From contig CAYNHV010000012.1 of assembly GCA_964397315.1 (NCBI GenBank), positions 1 through 35,298 of the forward strand: a stretch of 35,298 bases of DNA, written 5' to 3'. The position numbers and the translations under genes were made by a program. The stretch comes from an uncultured Methanosarcinales archaeon. GTDB taxonomy: Archaea > Nanobdellota > Nanobdellia > Woesearchaeales > UBA12501. The stretch's first letter is position 1, and every line of letters starts with the position of its first letter. Shown piece after piece: positions 9,297 through 15,971 of this stretch. The notes beneath the pieces are model-generated. The model was not told where the DNA came from and did not search any database. It saw nothing but the letters and a program-made list of their open reading frames with translations.

Positions 9297-9363
9297 GGAT
9301 TATAATATGAAATATGAATTTATAAATGTTTTGTCTTGTTTTCCGGAGTTTCTCCGGAGCAGA

Positions 9364-10017
9364 TCACCTATACTCAATATTAGAATTATTCCTTATCTTC
9401 TGGATCAGGGCCTGAACCCCTCTGTCCCTCTTCTGCTGCCTTATGCTGTCGTTGATCTGCTGCCTGATATCCTCATACGCAGGCGCTTCACCCTCTGACT
9501 GGCTCTTGTACCCCTCATAGAACTGCCTCATCTCGTCCTCTGTGACTGTTATGCTGATTGCAGAATCAATGAAGTTCTGGACAGCCATCTGCTCCATGAT
9601 ATTCTCCAGCTCATCCTCAAAAGAATACCCCATTGAGTCCAGCCTCTGCCTATACTCCTCCAGGCTCATGTTCTGCATTGCAAGCTTCTCTTTTATAACA
9701 GCCAACGCCTCGCCCTCAGAGGGGGCGTAAGCATCTGCCTCCTGGGAGAGCAGCTCCTGGCTTATGAGCCTCTCAAGAACCTCATCTCTGGACATGTCCA
9801 TGCCCTGGTTCGCGACTGACTGCATGGCCTGTGAGACCTCCTGCTCTGTTATCTCCTCGCTGTTGACTGTTGCAGCAACCTTTCCTGTGATGCTCTCAGC
9901 AGGGCTGAGAGGCTGTGAGATTCCTGATGAGTTATTATCCTGGCTGCCTGAGCTGCAGCCTGCAAGAATAAACGAGAATACAATGAGCATGATTGTGAGA
10001 TAATTAAGTTTCCCCAT
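9364..10017 (-). CDS. SurA N-terminal-domain lipoprotein (chaperone-like, no PPIase domain)
   Basis: Signal peptide with lipobox ILAGC; VAATVNSEEIT..E, VLERLISQELL.QEA and VTEDEMRQFYE. Start chosen from TATA spacing. Confidence 0.75.
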   Translation of the reverse strand: MGKLNYLTIMLIVFSFILAGCSSGSQDNNSSGISQPLSPAESITGKVAATVNSEEITEQEVSQAMQSVANQGMDMSRDEVLERLISQELLSQEADAYAPSEGEALAVIKEKLAMQNMSLEEYRQRLDSMGYSFEDELENIMEQMAVQNFIDSAISITVTEDEMRQFYEGYKSQSEGEAPAYEDIRQQINDSIRQQKRDRGVQALIQKIRNNSNIEYR

Positions 10018-10072
10018 CACAGCAGGCATAAAGGAAGGTCTTATTTAAGTTTTTTGGGGGTGAAAGGGGGTC

Positions 10073-10140
10073 TCAAGAGCATTTATTCCTGCAATGTTCA
10101 GCCTCACTGCCTTCCAGGAAATCGCAGCAGGAGCAGCCAG
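10073..10140. repeat. 68-bp direct repeat, copy 1 (copy 2 at 12387-12454)
   Basis: TCAAGAGCATTTATTCCTGCA...GCCTTCCAGGAAATCGCAG; 61/68 identical by manual alignment. Confidence 0.85.
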
Positions 10141-10340
10141 CGCAAGGAATGCCTGAAACTTCTGTTGTCAATAATCTTCTTCAGACAGCTTCCAGGCCAT
10201 ATCATTGATATAGGTGGCCACAGAAGGGAAATAATGGAAAAAGTGTGGGCGCCTTTCCGTAAACAATCTTCTCTGTAATGCCTTATTGCACAAAAGGGAA
10301 GATTCAGAGAGCCACAGCCCAGCCTTTGAAGCTGAGGGCC

Positions 10341-10378
10341 TTACCCCTTACAATCAGGAAATGGGATGTAAGGGGTAA
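10341..10378. repeat. 12-14-12 palindromic site abutting the Fic1 stop codon
   Basis: TTACCCCTTACA-N14-TGTAAGGGGTAA, perfect arms. Confidence 0.85.
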
Positions 10379-11380
10379 TCAGACTATGAAATTGTTCCAG
10401 TAAGAGTTTATGAGCTCTTCAGCCATATACTCTGCAAGACCTGAATAAAGCCCTGGATTGATTGAGTTTATGTCAGCTTTGTCCGCCTTGGAAAGCCTTC
10501 TCAGATAATCTGCCCTGTTCTTTTTTTTCACAATCAGAGGGGGATATCCCCTGAGTATCAGGATGTAATTCAGGATCATTCTTCCTGTCCTGCCGTTGCC
10601 GTCTGAGAAGGGGTGGATGCTCTCAAACTTATGGTGGAACAGGGAGGCAAGAACCAACGGGTGCAGCCTCTTTTCAAACCTGTGGTACCACCTGAAAAGA
10701 AGAGAGATATCTGTCTTTATATACTTGGCAGGTGATGCTTCAAAATTGGATCTGAAGACCTTTATGTCATGGGTCCTGAACCCTTCCCTGCTGTCAATAT
10801 TTTTCATGAGATCATCATGCACCTTAACCATCAGACTGCTGTCAAAGCGCGGCCGCTCCTCAAGCAGGTAAAAAAAGACTTTTTCTGTATTCTGAAGATC
10901 AAATATTTCTCTCGGCGACCTCTCCTTGGGTGTCAGGTTCTCCTTGAGAAGCTTGTCTGCCTCTTTTAAGGTTATAGTGTTGCCCTCTATTGATGTGGTG
11001 TTAAATGCAAAGTCAATCAGGAAATTCTTGTAAACTTCGTCCCTTGTCCTGCTGTCCAGCTTAAGGAATCTGTCATTAAAGTGAAGCCTGACTGCTTCTG
11101 TTTCTTTCAGGATATCCTTGCTGAGATATTTATTCTCTTTCAGTTTCCCGACCTTTTCAAGATAATGATTGGACTCAATGAATTTTCTTATGTTCCTGTA
11201 GCCTTTCCTGATCTCTTTCCTGTATTCTGCAGGGAGCTTGTCCAGCCTGGAGGATATCCTGCTTACATCATTACCCAGGTAAGCCACATCCTTGGTGATG
11301 CTCCTGCCCTTGACCCTTTTGGATATCCTGAGATAATAGTAGGGCTTTCCGTTTATCATTTTCTTGTAGATATATGCCAT
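10379..11380 (-). CDS. Fic-domain protein with an N-terminal beta-sheet (IS1634-transposase-N-like) domain
   Basis: Canonical HPFSDGNGRTGR; inhibitory-like TTSIEGN; N-terminus KKMINGKPYYYL....RVKG.......YLG. Confidence 0.9.
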   Translation of the reverse strand: MAYIYKKMINGKPYYYLRISKRVKGRSITKDVAYLGNDVSRISSRLDKLPAEYRKEIRKGYRNIRKFIESNHYLEKVGKLKENKYLSKDILKETEAVRLHFNDRFLKLDSRTRDEVYKNFLIDFAFNTTSIEGNTITLKEADKLLKENLTPKERSPREIFDLQNTEKVFFYLLEERPRFDSSLMVKVHDDLMKNIDSREGFRTHDIKVFRSNFEASPAKYIKTDISLLFRWYHRFEKRLHPLVLASLFHHKFESIHPFSDGNGRTGRMILNYILILRGYPPLIVKKKNRADYLRRLSKADKADINSINPGLYSGLAEYMAEELINSYWNNFIV

Positions 11381-11413
11381 ATAAGAGCAGAAAGGAGAGC
11401 TCCTATTTATATT

Positions 11414-11451
11414 TTACCCTTTAAAATAGAAAATAAGCTTGTAAGGGGTAA
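11414..11451. repeat. Second 12-14-12 palindromic site, in the Fic1 promoter region
   Basis: TTACCCTTTAAA-N14-TGTAAGGGGTAA; same spacing as 10341-10378, left arm 10/12. Confidence 0.8.
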
Positions 11452-11566
11452 GTCTCACTCTGAAGGCCGGGAGTAAATGATCTTCTTCCTGTTATGCCTT
11501 ATTGCATATGCAGGAAAAGGATGGGTGCAGCAAAATATTTAAAGCAGCATGTCTGCTCTAAAACAG

Positions 11567-12091
11567 ATGGCAAAAAAAGGAGGAAAAGAAAAGAGATTTC
11601 TCAGAAATATTAAGATGCCATTGTATCTGAATGCAAACCTGGTTTATGGCGAGGCTTTGAACCGCATTAAAAAGCCAAACTGGAAAAGGAATATAAAGGC
11701 AGGCACTCTTGCTAAACTGCAGAATGAGGGTTATTCACTGGTCACATCAATATTGACAAGGATGGAGGTTATTCAAAGGCTGTGCAGGGAAGAGAACAAG
11801 AAAGTGGAATATGCGAGAAGAACCTACCACAGAATTCTTGAAGATTACAAGATTGTTGAGATAACCTCTATAGACAAGCACGTTAATTTAAGCGATGCGT
11901 TGATAGACAGGATAGCCACTTCAAGGATAGATTTTAAGGATTCTATTCATCTGAGAGTAGCGGAAAGGCTTAAAATACCGGTGTGCACCCATGACAAAAA
12001 ATTGAGGGATGGTTTTTCACAGCATGATAAAAAGATGAGATGGTATGGCAGGGTGTTCAAGCCCCATGAACTGATCAAACCCAAGAAATAA
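11567..12091 (+). CDS. PIN-domain protein with Asn at the first catalytic Asp position
   Basis: LYLNAN, TRMEV, DFKDSIHL.VA and THDKKL; start 11567 fits the TTTAAA box at 11538-11543. Confidence 0.7.
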   Translation: MAKKGGKEKRFLRNIKMPLYLNANLVYGEALNRIKKPNWKRNIKAGTLAKLQNEGYSLVTSILTRMEVIQRLCREENKKVEYARRTYHRILEDYKIVEITSIDKHVNLSDALIDRIATSRIDFKDSIHLRVAERLKIPVCTHDKKLRDGFSQHDKKMRWYGRVFKPHELIKPKK

Positions 12092-12169
12092 CTATTCCTC
12101 TTCAGCTAGGCTGTCCGGCACGTTTGCTTTGACCTTGAAGCCGTTAATGATAATCTCTTCTTTTGACAT
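12092..12169 (-). CDS. 25-aa micro-protein convergent with PIN; not in the ORF track
   Basis: MSKEEIIINGFKVKANVPDSLAEEE; strong AGGTGAGG SD, TTTAAATA box upstream, stop abuts the PIN stop. Confidence 0.45.
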   Translation of the reverse strand: MSKEEIIINGFKVKANVPDSLAEEE

Positions 12170-12386
12170 AAACCTCACCTGAACTGTTTTATGGTTTTCT
12201 TTTATTTAAATTTATAGCTTCTGTATTGGTCATTTTGTAGCATAATTTGTATACTAATATAGTTATATGTATACTGTAGGGTTTTCTGGCAGTTAAAAAG
12301 CATCAAAGGCCCTAATCAAGAGGATTGAAGGCTACTCACAATCAGGAAAAGTAGTGTAATTTGTAAGTGTAGGGGCCGGGAGTCTT

Positions 12387-12454
12387 TCAAGAGCATTTAT
12401 TCCTGCAGCACTCAGCCTCGCTGCCTTCCAGGAAATCGCAGGAGGAGCAGTCAG
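12387..12454. repeat. 68-bp direct repeat, copy 2
   Basis: Matches 10073-10140. Confidence 0.85.
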
Positions 12455-12618
12455 TGGCTTCAGCAAGATCCCAATAACAGACAGTCTTCCTTTTCCTTTC
12501 AACACCGCTCTGTACGCCTTCAAGCTCTTTGCATAAAGAGACATTGCGCTCGCTCACAGCAAAATGCAATAAGCATGTATCCTCGCCCTCAAGACCATCA
12601 TCATGAGAAGAATGATAC

Positions 12619-14691
12619 TCATGAATTGATGATATCAATAAGCTCTTTTCCATATTTCATTATCTTTGTCGGGCCCAACCCGCGGATTCCTTCCAGTTCA
12701 GCTTCACAAGAGGGCATTTTCTGCACTAGCTCTATCAGGGTCTTATCATGCATTATCATGAATGCAGGGACATTCATATTTGAACTGACATTTCTTCGCC
12801 ATTCTCTCAATCTTTCGCTTAGATCCCCTTTAAATGTTGTTTTAGCATATTTTACCGGCTCAAGATCAATTTTTGATTTTTTTATTGATTCAAGCATACT
12901 GTCTGTGATAAAATAAGTGTGTTTTTTCCCCGGATAAGTCAGGTACAATTTGTTTTTTGCTCTGCTCATTGCAACATAAAATAATCTTTTTTCCTCTTCT
13001 TCCTTATCATATTCATCTACCTTTACCATTTCAATCACTGGATGTTCTGATCCCTTACAGGGGAAGTTCTGCGATGTGCAGCCTATCACAAAGACCATCT
13101 CGGCTTCAAGACCTTTTATTGCATGGATCGTAGCCAATGTTATCTCTCCTTGTTTTGCAATGACCCCCCTATTTATCTCATCGCTCTTGACAACATGTTT
13201 AAGTCCTGCAGATCTTAGTTTATTTGATAATTCTGAAAGCTGCCTATTTGTTCTTGCAAGGACAAAGATCTCTTCCCTGGGTATCTCTGATCCGATTATC
13301 CTTTGGGTCACAAACTCAAATTCGCTCTCTTCTGAACTGAAAGTCAGAAGATGTATGTCCTTTTCTGCATCAATTGTGGGTTCAAGATCAATCAGGCCCA
13401 TCCATTTTATGGATTTATTTATCAGATTCACTATATGCCTATTTGAACGGTAATTTTTAGTGAGGGTTATTGTCTCTGATCCAGGATATTTTTTTTCAAA
13501 ATCAAGTATATATTTTATATTTGACCCTCTCCATCCAAAGATTGACTGTCTGGGATCACCTACACAGAATAATGAGGGAGGGTTTAGCAATTCAATGAGC
13601 CTTATCTGCGAAGCATTGATATCATGGTACTCATCAATAAGGATGCGGTCATATTGGGGGATCAATCCCCTGTTCTTCTCAAAAAGTTCAATTGTGTCTA
13701 TCAACTGGTCTGAGAAGTCCCTTTGGCCGTTCCTTTTCATGTGTGAATCTATATGATCACCTACACCAAAGATCAGCTTTGCTGAAGGGTCGCTTGTGTC
13801 AAAGTCAGCTGTGCTTTTCCCTTTTGATTTGAGGTAATCCCTTACAAAAAAGCAGTCGTTCATGAATATGTTTGCCAATTGTTCAGGTGTCTTTCCTCTC
13901 CTTTGGCCTATTGAAAAATAAAGGTTGATTGCTGAGCCCATGCCCGTACCAAGCTTAGCCAAAGCTTTTCTTGTGATCCGTATCCTGTCACGATAACCTA
14001 TCATGTTCACCTGGCGATCATAAACCTCATCATTATGTGTCTTCAGGATCCTTTCACAGAATGAATTGAATGTTTCAACTGATACATCAGGGAATCTTTC
14101 TAATCTATGCTGCATCTCTTGTTTCGCTTTTCTTGTGAAAGTTATCGCAAGTATCTTTTTTGGATCTTTTGATTGGTAGTTTATCAGGAACTCAATCTTT
14201 TTTGTCAGAACTGTTGTTTTCCCGGAACCTGCGCCAGCAATGCAAAGGATGTGTGAATTATTGCAGATTATGGCTTTTTTCTGCTCATCATTGTACTTAT
14301 GCAAAAAGCTTCCAAACTCATCAAACAATCTTCTGTCCTCTTCTGTGATCTTTGTGATCCTTGTCTTGTAGGATATCTTTTTCTTGTGCAATCTGGGGTC
14401 ATCTATCTCTTTCATGCCCTCACTGCTGAGTTCAAGCACTTTCCAGAATTGATTGCCTTTTATGGATGCCTGTCTTATCAGCTTATTCATCATCAGGTTG
14501 TTCAATAAAGCCTCAAGCTCATCTGTGCTATAAGCTAAGCTGCCATATGACTCTAATCTGTCCAGATTATTCCTTGTTATGGATTCATGGCTCTTGCCTT
14601 GAAGGTATGTTATCAATAATTTCTTGCCTACACCAAAAGGGATGTCTCTAAGCGCTTTTAATATGGAGATATAGTCCAGTTCGTTTCCCAT
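12619..14691 (-). CDS. UvrD-family helicase with an N-terminal RQC winged helix and a C-terminal HRDC domain
   Basis: RQC-like FGVGKKLLITYLQG...YGSL; AGAGSGKT, DEYHD, GDPRQSIFGWRG, KNYRS, TIHAIKGLE and YVAMSRA; HRDC LREWR...VPAFMI..DKTL..L...P...EL..IRGLG..K...YG. Confidence 0.88.
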   Translation of the reverse strand: MGNELDYISILKALRDIPFGVGKKLLITYLQGKSHESITRNNLDRLESYGSLAYSTDELEALLNNLMMNKLIRQASIKGNQFWKVLELSSEGMKEIDDPRLHKKKISYKTRITKITEEDRRLFDEFGSFLHKYNDEQKKAIICNNSHILCIAGAGSGKTTVLTKKIEFLINYQSKDPKKILAITFTRKAKQEMQHRLERFPDVSVETFNSFCERILKTHNDEVYDRQVNMIGYRDRIRITRKALAKLGTGMGSAINLYFSIGQRRGKTPEQLANIFMNDCFFVRDYLKSKGKSTADFDTSDPSAKLIFGVGDHIDSHMKRNGQRDFSDQLIDTIELFEKNRGLIPQYDRILIDEYHDINASQIRLIELLNPPSLFCVGDPRQSIFGWRGSNIKYILDFEKKYPGSETITLTKNYRSNRHIVNLINKSIKWMGLIDLEPTIDAEKDIHLLTFSSEESEFEFVTQRIIGSEIPREEIFVLARTNRQLSELSNKLRSAGLKHVVKSDEINRGVIAKQGEITLATIHAIKGLEAEMVFVIGCTSQNFPCKGSEHPVIEMVKVDEYDKEEEEKRLFYVAMSRAKNKLYLTYPGKKHTYFITDSMLESIKKSKIDLEPVKYAKTTFKGDLSERLREWRRNVSSNMNVPAFMIMHDKTLIELVQKMPSCEAELEGIRGLGPTKIMKYGKELIDIINS

Positions 14692-14813
14692 AATTCTGGA
14701 TTTAGGGGAGGGTTTTTAAGGGTTTTGGTGGATCTATCAGCACAAAAACAATTAATGCCTCTGCTAAGCTAAATGACAGAAAACATTTTAAATGACAGAA
14801 CAAACAAGGAATT

Positions 14814-15572
14814 ATGGCTCGGCCTTACTTCAAGAATAAGCATAGGTTCAGGGGTACTGTATCTGCTAAAGAAATATTTCTAAAATCAAATAATGTCAAT
14901 TCATTGTCTGAACTTCCTGAACCTCCTAAGAGCTGCATTATCTGCCCTTCTGATTTTATTGTGGATTACCTGCGAAAATCCTACAGGATGATGAAAGGTC
15001 CAAAGATAATAAACAATCTATACTTTCTCAACAAGGACATCGCTGTGTTCACCGGATTCATAGGATTTGGAGCTCCGATGTGGGTGTGGGCACTGGAGCA
15101 GCTCATAGCATATGGCATAAAAGATTTCATCTATATAGGCTTCTTTGGATCAGTCAATGAACACAATGACCATGACAGACTGTTTGTAATAGACAAGGCA
15201 CTCAGAGATGAGGGGACATCACTCCATTATAGTGCAGATTCAAAATGGGCGTATCCTGACAAGGGACTGACTGAACAGCTCATGGCAGGCAAAGGAACAA
15301 TAAAGTCATCTATATGGACCACTGATGCAATGTTCAGGCAGACAAAAGATGAGATTCGGCTTGCACTGAATGAAAGGATTATAGGATTTGATATGGAAAC
15401 ATCTGCTCTTTTCACAGTGGCCAAGGCCAAGAAATGCAGGATAGCGTCAATACAGGTGATGAGTGATTCTTACATCAAGAATGAATGGAATGCAGTATAC
15501 GGCACAAGAAAGTTCTTCAAAGAGCTGTCCAGGGCTGTTGACCTCGCTGTAAGGTCGTTAGGAAATCACTGA
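14814..15572 (+). CDS. Purine/uridine nucleoside phosphorylase family protein
   Basis: GFGAP...EQL...G, ALRDEGTSLHY, WTTDA.FRQT and DMETSALF.VA. Confidence 0.8.
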   Translation: MARPYFKNKHRFRGTVSAKEIFLKSNNVNSLSELPEPPKSCIICPSDFIVDYLRKSYRMMKGPKIINNLYFLNKDIAVFTGFIGFGAPMWVWALEQLIAYGIKDFIYIGFFGSVNEHNDHDRLFVIDKALRDEGTSLHYSADSKWAYPDKGLTEQLMAGKGTIKSSIWTTDAMFRQTKDEIRLALNERIIGFDMETSALFTVAKAKKCRIASIQVMSDSYIKNEWNAVYGTRKFFKELSRAVDLAVRSLGNH

Positions 15573-15718
15573 CCCAGTCTACTGAAAGCGTATCCTTCAC
15601 TGGGTTCACATCCCCCTGTAATCTGTTTGAAAATTCTTATCTCTCTTCTGATGTCTGTGCTGAAGACTACAGCGGTATGCTTCAGGTTTGAGTGCGTGAT
15701 TCTGAATCTTAACTCCAT
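15566..15718 (-). CDS. 50-aa hypothetical protein; not in the ORF track
   Basis: MELRFRITHSNLKHTAVVFSTDIRREIRIFKQITGGCEPSEGYAFSRLGQ; CAAAGG-GTTAAATA box 21 bp upstream. Confidence 0.4.
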   Translation of the reverse strand: MELRFRITHSNLKHTAVVFSTDIRREIRIFKQITGGCEPSEGYAFSRLGQ

Positions 15719-15971
15719 GGCCTGAGAATCAGAAAGGCCTATTTAACCCTTTGTAGCCCATGAGGCCACAGATTGCCAGAGAGGAAATAAATTGCCGAAG
15801 GGGGAATATTTATAAATGAGGTTTTATCTATTAAATTATTTGCCCAGATTTTTTACAAACATATGAAAGACGTGGGTAGAAGAAGGAATAGATCTGATAA
15901 CTATATAGAAATTACCTCCTTTTCAAGTGTAGTGCAATAAACCACAAAAAATATCCTGGAAGGCATTGATA

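Noticed and set aside
3945..9353. TTTCCGGAGTTTCT shared at 3945-3958 and 9340-9353
   Set aside because: Only two copies, in inconsistent orientation and distance relative to the nearby promoters; too weak to call, though it may relate to the TTCCG words near the CACTGGACAT boxes.
10379..11380. Fic genes as IS elements
   Set aside because: Only the N-terminal ~35 aa look transposase-like; there is no DDE domain and no clear target-site duplication.
12240..12275. Possible Xer/dif site (GTATAC...GTATAC, AT-rich)
   Set aside because: The arms do not form a convincing 11-6-11 inverted repeat.
12332..12653. Short Cys-rich ORFs 12332-12544 and 12387-12653
   Set aside because: They overlap a decayed 68-bp repeat whose other copy has in-frame stops upstream; no recognisable family.
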